Assembly: GCA_964523765.1 (NCBI GenBank)
Contig: CAZFZX010000003.1
Span: 762-64,761, forward strand
DNA: 64,000 nucleotides
Reading direction: 5' to 3'
DNA from: an uncultured Enterobacteriaceae bacterium
Lineage (GTDB): Bacteria > Pseudomonadota > Gammaproteobacteria > Ga0077536
The notes beneath the pieces were generated by a model. The model was not told the origin of the DNA, did no database searches, and saw nothing but the letters and a program-made list of their open reading frames with translations. Positions 43,988 through 55,046 of this stretch are shown piece by piece; the first letter of the stretch is position 1, and each line of letters opens with the position of its first letter. The position numbers and the translations under genes are program-made.

Positions 43988-45062
43988 CCATAAGCTCCAA
44001 GCAATGATCGGCAAGGAGAGTCGTCGCCTGAGGTTTCGCCAATTCCCGGGCCCGGCGCGCGAGCTGCAGTATTTGACCGGGGCTGCGATGCAAATGTTGT
44101 ACGGCAGCCGCCAAGCGTCGAACGAACTCCGGCCCCTCCGCGACCAGGATCGCCGCATTCGCGCGAACCAAGTAATCTGCATTTGCAGTTTGATGATCGT
44201 CGACGGCGTGCGGGAAAGGGACCAGAATCGAGGCAACGCCGACGGCGGCCAGCTCACTAACGGTGATGGCACCGGCTCGACATATCACCAGATCTGCCCA
44301 ATCGTACGCTGCGGCCATGTCGTCGATGAATTCGGTTACGCGCACCGTGACGGGCGTGTGTGCATACGCTTCTCGCGTGGCGGCCTCGTTTCCGGCACCG
44401 GCCTGGTGCCTGATTTCCAACATCTGCGGGTCGATCCCGCCGATTGCCCGGGGCACGCCGTCGTTTAGGGCGCGCGCACCGCGGCTGCCGCCGACAACGA
44501 GTATTCTCAAGGTATCCAGCCCGGTTCCTCGCGCCCGGGGTGGCGCAATCGAAGTGATCGAGTCGCGTACGGGATTGCCCACAGTGATAGCGCGGCACCG
44601 GGCTGGAAAAGAATCGGGGAAACCTTCCAAGACCTTCGTTGCAACACGACTGAGTATGGAATTGGTAAGCCCCGCAATCGCGTTTTGTTCGTGGATCACC
44701 AACGGCCGACCGCAGATCCAAGCCGCCAACCCGCCTGGTCCGCTGGCAAAGCCACCCATGCCCAACACCAAGATCGGCCGTACTCGAATGACCGTTAGCA
44801 GTGCGTGCACCAGAGCGATACTCAGAACAAAGGGTGCTATCAACCAGCGCCAAAGACCGTGTCCGCGCAATCCCGAAACCGCAATCCGAAACAGTCGAAT
44901 CCCGGCTGCCGGTACGATCCGCGTTTCCATACCTCGGCGCGACCCAAGCCACACGGTAGTGACATTCCGGTTCTTCAGGTAATCCGCCACCGCCAGCGCC
45001 GGATAGATGTGTCCACCCGTACCGCCAGCTACGATGAGCACGGGGCGCCCCACTTCATTCAT
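43980..45062 (-). CDS. murG: undecaprenyl-PP-MurNAc-pentapeptide GlcNAc transferase
   Basis: LIVAGGTGGHIYPALAVA follows Met at 45062, which overlaps the ftsW stop by 8 nt. The tracked ORF start (45161) lies inside ftsW. Confidence 0.94.
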   Translation of the reverse strand: MNEVGRPVLIVAGGTGGHIYPALAVADYLKNRNVTTVWLGSRRGMETRIVPAAGIRLFRIAVSGLRGHGLWRWLIAPFVLSIALVHALLTVIRVRPILVLGMGGFASGPGGLAAWICGRPLVIHEQNAIAGLTNSILSRVATKVLEGFPDSFPARCRAITVGNPVRDSITSIAPPRARGTGLDTLRILVVGGSRGARALNDGVPRAIGGIDPQMLEIRHQAGAGNEAATREAYAHTPVTVRVTEFIDDMAAAYDWADLVICRAGAITVSELAAVGVASILVPFPHAVDDHQTANADYLVRANAAILVAEGPEFVRRLAAAVQHLHRSPGQILQLARRARELAKPQATTLLADHCLELMDA

Positions 45063-46230
45063 ATCTCTCGTGCCCCCGAACGAATACGACGTGGGATTCC
45101 TTAGCCACCCGTAAGACCATCGCCAACATGATGCAGACGACCACCATGCTGTTACTACCATAACTCATCAGAGGCAGCGTCAATCCCTTAGTCGGCAGCA
45201 AACCCATATTGACGCCGATATTGATAAACGCTTCTATGCCAATCAGAAGGCCGATGCCGTAAGACAGGTAAGCGGCAAAGTCCTGACCACGCCGCTGCGC
45301 CAAACTGCCGATGAAAAATATTCGCCATATGAGGAAAAGGAAAAGTCCGATAACCGATAAGGTACCGACCATCCCAAGTTCCTCGGCAAGGACGGCGAAC
45401 ACGAAGTCAGTGTGTACCTCCGGTAGATAAAACAATTTTTGAATGCTGTTGCCGAGCCCGACGCCGAGCCACTCGCCACGCCCGAACGCGATCAGTGCTT
45501 GCGTCAATTGGAAACCAGAATCGTACGGATCCGACCACGGATCCATGAAGGTCATTAGTCGCTGCATTCTGTAGGGCACCAATATAGCGAGCGAAGCTAG
45601 CACCGCCAACGCCACGAGGCCCCAGGAACAGAACCGAACGAACGGCACGCGACCGAGGAAAAGCATGCCGAGCGTTGTCAAGAAAATGACAACGGCGGCA
45701 CCGAAGTCCGGCTCGAGGAGCAACAAAGCCGCGATTATCGTTAGTACACCGACTGGCTTGATGAACCCGACAAATTCGGTCTGTACCTGTACCTGATGAC
45801 GGACGAGGTACGAAGAAACATAAACAATTACCGCGAGCTTTACCGGCTCGGACGCCTGCAACGCGACGGGACCGAATTGTATCCACCGAATGCTGCCGTT
45901 GACCTCACGGCCGACACCAGGAATCAAAATGATAGCGAGCAGCGTGACCCCCGCTAACAGCAGGAAAGTACTTATTCGATCGAATATTGACAACGGCAGG
46001 TGCAGAATGATGAAACCACAGCCCGTGCCGAGGAGCACGGCGGCAAACTGGCGCCAAAAATAGTACAGTTCTAAATAGCCGTTCTTGTGTGCGATAGGGA
46101 TCGATGAGGACGCGACCATTATCAGTCCAAGCGCCACGAGAACCGTCGCGACTGCGATGAGCCACGAGTCGTACCCATCGTCGTACCGCGCGCGATGAGC
46201 AAGCTGATTATGAACCACGGCCTGGCTCAC
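45055..46230 (-). CDS. ftsW: SEDS-family peptidoglycan polymerase FtsW
   Basis: 391 aa, about 10 TM helices. Motifs PSEPVKLAVIVY and HTDFVFAVLAEELG. Confidence 0.94.
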   Translation of the reverse strand: MSQAVVHNQLAHRARYDDGYDSWLIAVATVLVALGLIMVASSSIPIAHKNGYLELYYFWRQFAAVLLGTGCGFIILHLPLSIFDRISTFLLLAGVTLLAIILIPGVGREVNGSIRWIQFGPVALQASEPVKLAVIVYVSSYLVRHQVQVQTEFVGFIKPVGVLTIIAALLLLEPDFGAAVVIFLTTLGMLFLGRVPFVRFCSWGLVALAVLASLAILVPYRMQRLMTFMDPWSDPYDSGFQLTQALIAFGRGEWLGVGLGNSIQKLFYLPEVHTDFVFAVLAEELGMVGTLSVIGLFLFLIWRIFFIGSLAQRRGQDFAAYLSYGIGLLIGIEAFINIGVNMGLLPTKGLTLPLMSYGSNSMVVVCIMLAMVLRVAKESHVVFVRGHERYE

Positions 46231-47606
46231 GGGGACGAAATCTCCTCTACGGCATCGATAAACGCTCTGCCGCGCGCCTCAAAATTGTCGAACATGTCGA
46301 AACTCGCGCACGCGGGCGACAACAAGACAGCCTCGCCGCGCCGTGCCAATAACCGGGCGGCGGCGACCGCTGAATGCATATCCAAGGCGAAATGGACATC
46401 TACCCGCCCATCCAGGCTCGCGGCGATTACCCTGGCGTCTTGGCCGATCAGGATGACATCGTGAACTCGCCCTTCGACGGCGGCGGCAAGAGCGTTGAAA
46501 TCGGCGCCTTTACCCTGTCCTCCCGCGATCAACACGCCCGGACGTCCGGAGAAAACGCTGCGGATAGCCGCGCAAGTCGCACCTACGTTTGTCCCCTTCG
46601 AATCGTCGATCCAGTCGATGCCTGATTTAGTCGCGATCGTCTGGCAACGATGGGAAAGCCCACGAAACGCCCTGAGGACGCGCTTCTGTACCTCACGCGG
46701 AACCGACAGTTTGTCGGTGATCGCAACTGCGGCAAGCGCGTTCATGCAGTTGTGCTTGCCCAGCAGAATCAGGTCGTCGGCCCGCATGAATTCTTCGCCC
46801 GCCGCGACCAGCCATAGCTCACCGTCGTGTTGGTCTAATCGATACCGCGTGGTCTCGCACAGACCCGAAGAGATGCGCCGCGTTTCACAGTTCGGTCGAA
46901 GCTGTTTAAGCATGCCATCATCCATATTCAGAACGACAACTTCAGCATGCTCGTAGATCCGCGTTTTTGTCGCCAGGTACGACGACATATCGATGTATCG
47001 ATCCATATGGTCGGGAGAGACGTTCAAAATGCAAGCTACTTTGGGCGCCAGAGACCCGGTTGACTCTAATTGAAAACTCGATACTTCAAGGACATAACAG
47101 TCGGGGTCACCACGGTAGAGCAAATCCAACGCCGGCGTCCCAAGATTTCCACCGCTTCGCACATCCAACCCGGCTGCGCTGAGTATCTCGGATACCATCG
47201 TGACCACTGTACTTTTCCCGTTTGAGCCGGTAACCGCTACTACGGGCGCTCGTGCGTGGCGGGCAAAAAGCTCAATATCTCCGATAACTTCGATCCCTCG
47301 TTCGATTGCGGCCGTGACGATCGGATGGTCGCGGGAAATGCCCGGGCTCAACACCACGTGCTGGCAACGCCCTATGACCCTGGGTGACGTTGCCCCCGTA
47401 ATCACGACGACATCGGCTAAAGATTCCTTCAGATTCGCTAGTTGCGGCGGATCATCGCGGGTGTCTATAACGGCGAAGTCGAATCCTCTCCGTGCCAGAA
47501 AACGCGCGCACGACAAACCTGTCTTCCCGAGACCAAATACGGCGTACTCTGCGTCGACGAAATTTGTTGTCATCGGAACAATCACTTTTTCGGCTTTTGC
47601 GGCCAT
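46227..47606 (-). CDS. murD: UDP-N-acetylmuramoylalanine--D-glutamate ligase
   Basis: 459 aa with Rossmann motif GLGKTG and P-loop GSNGKST. A 4-nt overlap with the ftsW start. Confidence 0.94.
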   Translation of the reverse strand: MAAKAEKVIVPMTTNFVDAEYAVFGLGKTGLSCARFLARRGFDFAVIDTRDDPPQLANLKESLADVVVITGATSPRVIGRCQHVVLSPGISRDHPIVTAAIERGIEVIGDIELFARHARAPVVAVTGSNGKSTVVTMVSEILSAAGLDVRSGGNLGTPALDLLYRGDPDCYVLEVSSFQLESTGSLAPKVACILNVSPDHMDRYIDMSSYLATKTRIYEHAEVVVLNMDDGMLKQLRPNCETRRISSGLCETTRYRLDQHDGELWLVAAGEEFMRADDLILLGKHNCMNALAAVAITDKLSVPREVQKRVLRAFRGLSHRCQTIATKSGIDWIDDSKGTNVGATCAAIRSVFSGRPGVLIAGGQGKGADFNALAAAVEGRVHDVILIGQDARVIAASLDGRVDVHFALDMHSAVAAARLLARRGEAVLLSPACASFDMFDNFEARGRAFIDAVEEISSP

Positions 47607-47610
47607 CGGC

Positions 47611-48693
47611 TCAACGGATCTTCAGCGTTGCCAGCGCCGCCAAAACCAGAATCACCGTGATAATCCAAAACCGCACGATGACACGTGGCTCGGGCCAACC
47701 TTTTAATTCGAAATGATGATGGAGTGGTGCCATCTTGAATAACCGCTTCCCGGTCAGTTTGAATGAAACGACCTGCAATATCACCGATACAGTCTCCACG
47801 ACGAACACGCCACCCATGATCATCAAGGCCAGCTCTTGACGGACGATGACGGCGACGACACCCAAGGCTGCGCCCAGCGAAAGTGCGCCGATGTCGCCCA
47901 TGAACACCTGGGCGGGGTAGGTATTGAACCAAAGGAAACCAAGGCCCGCGCCAACAATAGCCCCGCAGAACACACATACTTCACCGACCCCGGCGATATA
48001 CGGCACGCCGAGGTATTTCGAGAAATTCAGGTGGCCCGTAACGTATGCGAAAACAATCAAAGCCGCGGCGACCATAACGGCCGGAAGGATCGCGAGGCCA
48101 TCGAGACCGTCCGTCAGATTCACGGCGTTACTTGTCCCGACCACGACGAAATAAGTCAAAATGACATAAAACCATCCGAGTTCGATCGCAATGTTTTTGA
48201 AGAACGGGACAATCAATTCGGTTTCGACCGGCGTCTTGGCAGTCAAATATAAGAACAGCGCAGCTAGCAACGCGGCGACAGATTGCCAACTATATTTGCT
48301 TACGGCCGATAACCCCTTCGAACTCCCCTTAGTGAGTTTTAGATAATCGTCCGCCCAGCCGATGGCGCCGAAGACCCCGGTGGTTACGAGGACAACCCAA
48401 ATGAAGCGGTTGCTGAGATCGCCCCAAAGCAACGTGCTCGCGGCGATCGACACCAGTATCAATAATCCACCCATCGTCGGCGTCCCAGCTTTCGACAGGT
48501 GAGTCTCGGGGCCGTCAACGCGTACATTCTGCCCAATTTGCAAATGACTCAATCGCCGAATCATCACCGGGCCGATCAAAAGCGCAATGCCGAGCGCCGT
48601 CAATACGCCCAAGATCGTGCGCAGAGTAATGTATTGGAAGACGTTGAACCCGGAATGATAGGCGGTTAGATAATCGGCGAGGTAGATCAACAT
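47611..48693 (-). CDS. mraY: phospho-N-acetylmuramoyl-pentapeptide transferase
   Basis: 360 aa. Motifs [22 protein letters not shown] and HHHFE. Confidence 0.97.
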   Translation of the reverse strand: MLIYLADYLTAYHSGFNVFQYITLRTILGVLTALGIALLIGPVMIRRLSHLQIGQNVRVDGPETHLSKAGTPTMGGLLILVSIAASTLLWGDLSNRFIWVVLVTTGVFGAIGWADDYLKLTKGSSKGLSAVSKYSWQSVAALLAALFLYLTAKTPVETELIVPFFKNIAIELGWFYVILTYFVVVGTSNAVNLTDGLDGLAILPAVMVAAALIVFAYVTGHLNFSKYLGVPYIAGVGEVCVFCGAIVGAGLGFLWFNTYPAQVFMGDIGALSLGAALGVVAVIVRQELALMIMGGVFVVETVSVILQVVSFKLTGKRLFKMAPLHHHFELKGWPEPRVIVRFWIITVILVLAALATLKIR

Positions 48694-50048
48694 TAAGGCT
48701 GCGCCTCTGCCAATGCGTCGATTACGCGTTCCATCTTCATTGCACGGGAACCCTTGACCAGTACGGTAACGTCGGCATCCAGATCGCTCCCCAAAGCGGC
48801 GATCAGTTCGTCTATAGTCGAATAGTTTCCGGCGCCTTCGCCAAAAGCGGAAGCCGCCTTTTCCGCCAACGCACCAAAGGTATACAGACGGTCGACGCCG
48901 GCGGCCCGCGCATTCGCGCCGGCCGCTTGGTGAAGCTCGACTGTTCCCGGCCCGAGTTCACCCATGTCTCCGAGGACGACCCATTTCCGACCTTCGACGG
49001 ACGCCAAAACGTCGACGGCCGCCGCGAGCGACGTTGGATTCGCGTTATAAGTGTCATCGATGATCCGGGATCCGCGTAAGCCACCCCGTACGCACAGCCG
49101 TCCCCCGATTTTCCTGGCACTTTCCAGACCGCGTTTAATCGTATCCGGTTCGACGTCCAGAGCAGAGGCGGCCGCGGCTGCGGCGAGCGCGTTGGAAACA
49201 TTGTGCACGCCGTCGAAAGGCAAATCGATATCGACAGAAGACGACGGCAACCGCAAGGTAAAACTCATGCCCTTGCCGACACCTCGATTCGACAGCTTCT
49301 CTGCGGAAACGTCCGCCGGATTCTTAAGGCCAAAGCGCAGAATCCGCCGGCCCCGGGCAACGTCGCTCCAGTACGCCGCAAAATTGTCGTCCGCATTAAG
49401 CACCGCGACGCCGTTGGCAAGTAAACCTGTATACAATTCGCCCTTAGCGCGAGCCACCATCTCAACCGATCCGAAGCCCTCGAGGTGCGACGCGGCGCAC
49501 AGCGTGATAACTCCGACCAGCGGCTTAGCAATTTCCGCCAGCCATTCGATTTCTCCGAGATGATTAGCTCCCATTTCAACGACCGCATAATCGTGCCTTG
49601 CGTCAAGTCGGAACAAGGTCTGGGGAACACCGATATCGTTATTCAAGTTTCCTTGCGTTGCCAACACCGTCGCGTTGACTCGCAAAATCGCGGCGATCAT
49701 TTCTTTGACGGTGGTCTTTCCGCTGCTCCCGGTGACACCGACGACCGGAAGCGTGAATTGCTGGCGCCATTCGCGGGCGAGACGCCCCAGTGCCCGTCGG
49801 GTGTCGTCGACGGTTAGCGCCGGAAGGTGGGTATCAACGGTACGGTCGATGATCAAACCGGACGCCCCTTTTTTCTCGGCGACCGCGCAGTGATCGTGCC
49901 CATCGAAATTCGGACCGGCCAAAGCACAAAACAGCTCGCCGTTCACAAGCGTACGCGTGTCCGTCGATACGCCTTCGAACCAAGCATCATGACCGCAGAA
50001 ATCGGCCCCGATCGCTGCTGCCGCGCCGCTGAGTTGCATACCGATCAT
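48693..50048 (-). CDS. murF: UDP-MurNAc-tripeptide--D-Ala-D-Ala ligase
   Basis: P-loop [13 protein letters not shown] 50048 overlaps the murE stop (ATGA). The tracked start (50171) lies inside murE. Confidence 0.93.
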   Translation of the reverse strand: MIGMQLSGAAAAIGADFCGHDAWFEGVSTDTRTLVNGELFCALAGPNFDGHDHCAVAEKKGASGLIIDRTVDTHLPALTVDDTRRALGRLAREWRQQFTLPVVGVTGSSGKTTVKEMIAAILRVNATVLATQGNLNNDIGVPQTLFRLDARHDYAVVEMGANHLGEIEWLAEIAKPLVGVITLCAASHLEGFGSVEMVARAKGELYTGLLANGVAVLNADDNFAAYWSDVARGRRILRFGLKNPADVSAEKLSNRGVGKGMSFTLRLPSSSVDIDLPFDGVHNVSNALAAAAAASALDVEPDTIKRGLESARKIGGRLCVRGGLRGSRIIDDTYNANPTSLAAAVDVLASVEGRKWVVLGDMGELGPGTVELHQAAGANARAAGVDRLYTFGALAEKAASAFGEGAGNYSTIDELIAALGSDLDADVTVLVKGSRAMKMERVIDALAEAQP

Positions 50049-51556
50049 GAGCCAAGACCGTGCAATACCCGAGAGGCGGTCTCGGAGTCGGAAAAAAGAT
50101 GTCGCTCTCCGCAAATCTCCTGATATTGCTCGTGCCCTTTCCCGGCGATTAACACGACATCGCCGGAACAAGCGGCATCGATGCCCGCGGCTATCGCTTT
50201 CGAACGGTCGTGAATCACGGCAACATCGCCGGCCGCGCGCATTCCCCCGAGGATCTGGGCAACGATTTCTTCGTTACTCTCACCGCGGGGATTGTCGCTG
50301 GTCACGATCACGGTATCCGCTCCCCGCTCCGCCGCCGAACCCATCGGCCCGCGCTTGGATTTGTCCCTATCGCCGCCACAACCGAACACGCAGATGAGTT
50401 TGCGATCAGTCATGGGTCTCAGGGCAGCGAGCACTCGCGATAGACTCTCGGGCGTGTGCGCGTAGTCGACGACCACAACGGGGCCTCTATCGGCACCATC
50501 GTCGACAATCTCTAGGCGGCCGGGTACGCCACTGGCGCTCGATAGCGCGCGAGCCGCAGGCTCTGCGTCATTTCCAAGTGCCATCAGGGCTCCGAGAGAG
50601 GCAACGATGTTCTGCGCATTGAAGTCACCGATCAACGGGGTGGTGATTTCGACCTCGCCCTGCGGCGTCGCAACGGCGACAGTCGACCCGCCTATGTCCC
50701 CCGCAAACCGTGTGAGATAGAGGTGACGGGCGTCGCTGCGGCCAGAGATTTTCGTTCGACTGCTGTAGGTCCAGCATCGGGTCTTCGCGGATAACTCTTC
50801 GGCGAGTTCGCGACCTACGTCATCGTCAATATTGATGACCGCGTGTTCGAGATCCTCGTTAGCGAAAAGTGATTTCTTGGCCTCGATATAAGCTTCGCGC
50901 GTTCCATGATAGTCGAGATGATCGTGTCCGATGTTGGTAAGTATTGCGACATCTATCGCCACGCCGACCACACGCGACTGCGAAATCGCGTGCGACGAGA
51001 CTTCTATCGCTGCCCCGCGACTCGCGTGATTACGGAGATTCGAGAAGAATTCGTGGAGTGTGATCGGGTCGGGCGTAGTCGTTGCGGTTTCGGACAGATC
51101 GCCGAGTCGTCCGATGCCGAGGGTCCCGGCATATCCTGCATCACCGTGCAGCCGTTTCAGCGACTGGGCGCACAGTAATGCCACCGTCGTCTTTCCGTTA
51201 GTACCGGTAACGGCGATGACATCGAGCGACTGCGACGGATCGCCGTAGAATCGGCCGGCAATTCGACCAAGCTCCTTTCTCAGTCGATCGATACGGATGA
51301 CCGGGATCGATCCACCAAGCGCGAGCTCAACGTCCTCGATCAGGACCGCTACCGCACCCGCCGCAATCGCTTGGTGCGCGAACTGCACCCCGTGGGAGCG
51401 CGTGCCGCTCAAAGCGACGAAACAATCACCTTTCTTGACTTTACGACTATCCGACGCGAGTCCGAAGACTTCGCAATCATCACGAGCGTCGACGGCGGCG
51501 ATTCCGTGGAGCAACTCAGAAAGGGTCAAAACGTTGTTGGAGTGCGCCGGCATCAT
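50045..51556 (-). CDS. murE: UDP-MurNAc-L-Ala-D-Glu--2,6-diaminopimelate ligase
   Basis: 503 aa. P-loop GTNGKTT and a DNPR motif (SDNPRGE), which is typical of meso-DAP-adding enzymes. Confidence 0.94.
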   Translation of the reverse strand: MMPAHSNNVLTLSELLHGIAAVDARDDCEVFGLASDSRKVKKGDCFVALSGTRSHGVQFAHQAIAAGAVAVLIEDVELALGGSIPVIRIDRLRKELGRIAGRFYGDPSQSLDVIAVTGTNGKTTVALLCAQSLKRLHGDAGYAGTLGIGRLGDLSETATTTPDPITLHEFFSNLRNHASRGAAIEVSSHAISQSRVVGVAIDVAILTNIGHDHLDYHGTREAYIEAKKSLFANEDLEHAVINIDDDVGRELAEELSAKTRCWTYSSRTKISGRSDARHLYLTRFAGDIGGSTVAVATPQGEVEITTPLIGDFNAQNIVASLGALMALGNDAEPAARALSSASGVPGRLEIVDDGADRGPVVVVDYAHTPESLSRVLAALRPMTDRKLICVFGCGGDRDKSKRGPMGSAAERGADTVIVTSDNPRGESNEEIVAQILGGMRAAGDVAVIHDRSKAIAAGIDAACSGDVVLIAGKGHEQYQEICGERHLFSDSETASRVLHGLGS

Positions 51557-53292
51557 CGCTCGGGCCCACCGACCCGCTGCCTAGACGCACTAGCGGCCAA
51601 CCGATAACGGGCTTCATCGGCGGCGTCGGGCAAATCGGGTGTTAGTCCCATGATCCGCGCCGCTTCGCGCATGACCTTGGCGAAAACCGGTGCTGCCACG
51701 CGACCGCCGTAGTATTCTCCGCCTTTGGGTTCGTCGACGACGACAACGGCAACAAGTTCCGGCGCCGTCGTGGGCAACATGCCGGCGAATAGGGACAAAT
51801 ATCGATCTTCGGCATAGCCTCGCGCCGTCGACTTATGTACGGTTCCCGTTTTGCCTGCAACGTGATAGCCGGACACCGTGGCTGCACGACCCGTACCGTC
51901 CGTTACCACCCGCCGCATCATCGTTCTAATCTTGCGCGCGGTATCAACGCCGAGAACCCTACGGCCCGGCATCACACTATCCACCTCTGTGAGCGATAGC
52001 GGGCGTAAGACCCCATCCGCTGCCAGCACCGCATAGGCCCGCGCCAACTGCATCGCATTTACCGATAAACCATAACCAAAAGCCAAAGTCGCACGCTCTA
52101 TGTCACGCCAATTCTTCGGGTCGTTCAAGCGGCCGGTAGATTCACCCGGGAGCCCGGTGCCACTGCCGACGCCGAACCCGACGCCGCTGAAAACTCGCCA
52201 AAGAAGTTCGGGCTCTAGCGACAAAGCGATTTTGCTCGAACCGACATTGCTGGACTTCGCAATGACACCGGCCACATCCAGCTTCCCAAAATTCCTCAGG
52301 TCGCTAACGACGTGTCGGCCAACCTTAAAATAGCCAGGGTTGGTGTCTACTGGGGTCTCAGGTAGATAGCGACCTGATTCGAGCGCAGCGGCGATCGTGA
52401 TCGGCTTGATCGTCGACCCGGGTTCAAAAACGTCCGTGACGGCACGATTTCGATAATGATCTCCCTTGAGTTCGCCGCGGTTATTAGGATTAAACGAAGG
52501 CTGGTTGACCAGCGCCAACACTTCTCCCGTATTTGGATCGACGACTACCATCGAAGCCGCTTCGGCATCGTGTGCTTGCACTGCGGCCTTCAACTCTCGG
52601 TAGGCAACGTACTGAATACGCTTATCTATGCTCAGTACGAGATCACGACCGGGTTGAGTCGGTTTGATTTGTTCTACGTGCTCGATGATCCGGCCCAATC
52701 GGTCCTTTATTACTTTGCGGGCGCCTTGCTTTCCACGCAGGGTTTCGTCGTAGGCAAGCTCTATACCTTCCTGCCCTTCGTCATCGACGTTTGTGAATCC
52801 CAGTATGTGCGCGGTCACCTCCGCCGCCGGGTAGTAGCGACGCTGCTCCTCGAGCAAACCGACGCCGGGCAAATTCGCGTTCTCCAAATCGACCGCCGCC
52901 TCTGGCGACACGTGGCGCTTGAGGTATACAAACTTGCGATCTAAACGCGGGATGATCAAAGCCTCGAGGTGGTCCGTCGTAGTACCGATCAGGCTGGCCA
53001 ACTGCAACCAGTTATCGCGATGCCTGGCCAAGACACGGGGCTGCCCCCAGACCGACTGAACAGGGGTGCTTATCGCCAGAGGCTCACCGTTCCTGTCGGT
53101 GATCATTCCTCGATGCGCCGAGGTTTCCACGACCCGGAGATAACGAGCGTCTCCGTGCTCCTGGAGAAACTCTTTGTTTGTTAATTGGAGGTCCATGGCG
53201 CGCCACGCTAGGACGCCCGCAAGAGCGACAAACATCGTTAGAACCAATTTTCTACGGAACTCAGCGTTGTTCGACAAGGTTTCCGTTTTCAT
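51553..53292 (-). CDS. ftsI: peptidoglycan D,D-transpeptidase FtsI (PBP3)
   Basis: 579 aa with an N-terminal TM helix. Motifs SxxK (STIKP), SxN (SSN) and KTG (KTGT). Confidence 0.95.
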   Translation of the reverse strand: MKTETLSNNAEFRRKLVLTMFVALAGVLAWRAMDLQLTNKEFLQEHGDARYLRVVETSAHRGMITDRNGEPLAISTPVQSVWGQPRVLARHRDNWLQLASLIGTTTDHLEALIIPRLDRKFVYLKRHVSPEAAVDLENANLPGVGLLEEQRRYYPAAEVTAHILGFTNVDDEGQEGIELAYDETLRGKQGARKVIKDRLGRIIEHVEQIKPTQPGRDLVLSIDKRIQYVAYRELKAAVQAHDAEAASMVVVDPNTGEVLALVNQPSFNPNNRGELKGDHYRNRAVTDVFEPGSTIKPITIAAALESGRYLPETPVDTNPGYFKVGRHVVSDLRNFGKLDVAGVIAKSSNVGSSKIALSLEPELLWRVFSGVGFGVGSGTGLPGESTGRLNDPKNWRDIERATLAFGYGLSVNAMQLARAYAVLAADGVLRPLSLTEVDSVMPGRRVLGVDTARKIRTMMRRVVTDGTGRAATVSGYHVAGKTGTVHKSTARGYAEDRYLSLFAGMLPTTAPELVAVVVVDEPKGGEYYGGRVAAPVFAKVMREAARIMGLTPDLPDAADEARYRLAASASRQRVGGPER

Positions 53293-53555
53293 GACCGCAC
53301 GCGATAGATCTCTTCGGAATTCGGTAACGTCATGTTTAGCTCGTCACGCGCGATGTCTTCGATCCGTCCGTGCGTACCCCAGGTGCCCTGCTCGAGCAGC
53401 AACTGTCCCCATTCGCGGTCGAGCTCGTTTTGCAGAACGTATAACTCTTGCAACACCGCGAACAGCTTGCGGGTCTCGTGGCGGTACAGTACAACTTCCA
53501 AAGCGCTTACGAAGACTACTGAAATCAAAAGCAGAAACAGGATCTTGTCTCTCAT
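53289..53555 (-). CDS. ftsL: cell division protein FtsL
   Basis: 88 aa, a single TM helix plus a leucine-zipper-like segment. It is positioned between rsmH and ftsI with ATGA overlaps on both sides. Confidence 0.88.
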   Translation of the reverse strand: MRDKILFLLLISVVFVSALEVVLYRHETRKLFAVLQELYVLQNELDREWGQLLLEQGTWGTHGRIEDIARDELNMTLPNSEEIYRVRS

Positions 53556-54457
53556 GCGATCCGTTCCACGACCCGTAGTCGAGCACTCCTCGCCCGCGGA
53601 TTGCGCCTTGTTTCATCCTCTCCGGGGCGCAGCGGTTTGCGGGTTACAAGACGAAAGGCGCGGGCATCGGTATCGGGCGACGGCGTGCCCGTAGCGCGAC
53701 ACAAGTTGCGGAAATAGCGCTTTACGATCCGGTCCTCGAGCGAGTGAAACGCGATGACGACGATGCGACCTCCGATGCGAACCACCTCGCTCGCCCGCTC
53801 AAGCGCGTCGGCGAGTTCCTCCAATTCGGAGTTTACTCTGAGCCTTATAGCCTGAAACGTCCGGGTAGCCGGGTCGAGCCGCGACCTCCCAGCGGGCACC
53901 GCCTGCTTTATCACGGCGACGAGCTCCAGTGTCGTTGCGATGGGATGGCGCCTACGAACGTCCACAATTCTTTTGGCAATCCGACCGGCAAAACGCTCCT
54001 CACCCAGTTCACGAATACAAACACGCAGTTCCTTCTCGCTAGCCCCGGCCAACCATTCGGCGGCAGAGGGTCCGGCGGTCGGGTCCATCCTCATGTCCAA
54101 TGGACCGTCGGCGCGGAAACTGAAACCGCGCTCGGCATCATCCAGCTGAGGCGACGACACTCCCAAGTCCATGAGTATTCCGTCTACTTGCTCCCGCAGT
54201 TGTCGCTTTTCCAAGAGCAGTCCGATCCCCGAAAAGCGCCCGTGTACCAGTTCGAGCCTTGCATCATTCAGGAACTCGCGCCCCGATTCGATCGCGGCTG
54301 GGTCGCGGTCGATCGCCAAGACCCGACCGCCGCTCCCCAAGCGCTGCAAAATTTCCCTCGTATGGCCGCCGCGCCCATACGTACAGTCCACATAAACCCC
54401 GTCGGACTTGATGCTTAATGACTCAATCGTTTCAAGCAGCAGGGCGGGCTCATGCAC
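53552..54457 (-). CDS. rsmH: 16S rRNA (cytosine1402-N4)-methyltransferase
   Basis: 301 aa. Motifs YVDCTYGRGGHTR, DLGVSSPQLD and AFHSLEDRIVK. Confidence 0.96.
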   Translation of the reverse strand: MHEPALLLETIESLSIKSDGVYVDCTYGRGGHTREILQRLGSGGRVLAIDRDPAAIESGREFLNDARLELVHGRFSGIGLLLEKRQLREQVDGILMDLGVSSPQLDDAERGFSFRADGPLDMRMDPTAGPSAAEWLAGASEKELRVCIRELGEERFAGRIAKRIVDVRRRHPIATTLELVAVIKQAVPAGRSRLDPATRTFQAIRLRVNSELEELADALERASEVVRIGGRIVVIAFHSLEDRIVKRYFRNLCRATGTPSPDTDARAFRLVTRKPLRPGEDETRRNPRARSARLRVVERIA

Positions 54458-54472
54458 GTTTTCGTCGCGCCA

Positions 54473-54931
54473 CTACAGCGACAATGTATTCAACACGGCC
54501 GAGCCAGAGCCGTCTCTTTCGTTGACGCCGTCGAGCCACTCGTCGCGTTGTTGCGTCCAGATGTCTTCGTTCCATATTTCGAATTTGTTTCCCTGCCCAA
54601 GAAATGCAACGCGCTTATCGAGTAAGGCGAAATCGCGCAGTTCGGTCGGCAGCAATACGCGGCCTTGGCCGTCGAGGGCACAGTCCGCCGCGTATCCGCG
54701 AATAATTTGCTTGGTGCGCCGGGACTCGCGGTCGAAATCGGACAAACCCTTAAGCTTCGCCTCGATGACTTCCCATTCAGAGGCTGGGTAGAGCCACAGG
54801 CAACGGTCCCAAGGGTTCAGCGTGAGAACAAGGGCGCTCGAATCCTGCGCCGAGATCAGGTCCCGATGACGGACAGGGATCGCCAACCTACCCTTGGCAT
54901 CGATATTGATCGTACTGAATCCCTTAAACAT
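54473..54931 (-). CDS. mraZ: transcriptional regulator MraZ
   Basis: 152 aa with a duplicated SpoVT/AbrB-like unit: DAKGRLAIPVRHR and DGQGRVLLPTELR. Confidence 0.96.
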   Translation of the reverse strand: MFKGFSTINIDAKGRLAIPVRHRDLISAQDSSALVLTLNPWDRCLWLYPASEWEVIEAKLKGLSDFDRESRRTKQIIRGYAADCALDGQGRVLLPTELRDFALLDKRVAFLGQGNKFEIWNEDIWTQQRDEWLDGVNERDGSGSAVLNTLSL

Positions 54932-55010
54932 CTCGTCATCGGAACCACCGAGCGATTACGCTGACCGGTTGAGGCCACTAACCACAGGCCCGTCACGGAG
55001 TGTGGTCGCT

Positions 55011-55040
55011 CAGGATCCACTATTCCCCACATTTCCCCAC
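55011..55040 (-). promoter_or_regulatory. MraZ operator: three direct GTGG(G/A) repeats with exact 10-nt spacing
   Basis: The minus strand reads GTGGGGAAAT GTGGGGAATA GTGGATCCTG, starting 6 nt downstream of the -10 element. This matches the known MraZ-box arrangement at the dcw promoter. Confidence 0.7.
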
Positions 55041-55046
55041 TCGCGA

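Noticed and set aside
43988-44272. N-terminal extensions in tracked ORFs. Examples: murC to 44272, murG to 45161, murF to 50171, rsmI to 56790, coaE from 28461, yraN from 58423, lpxC to 37171, the AsnB-like gene to 2397, rluD from 18290
   Set aside because: Each extension overlaps the upstream gene's conserved coding region. Each is followed by an internal start that restores the canonical N-terminus and gives the classic ATGA, GTGA or 8-nt coupled overlap.
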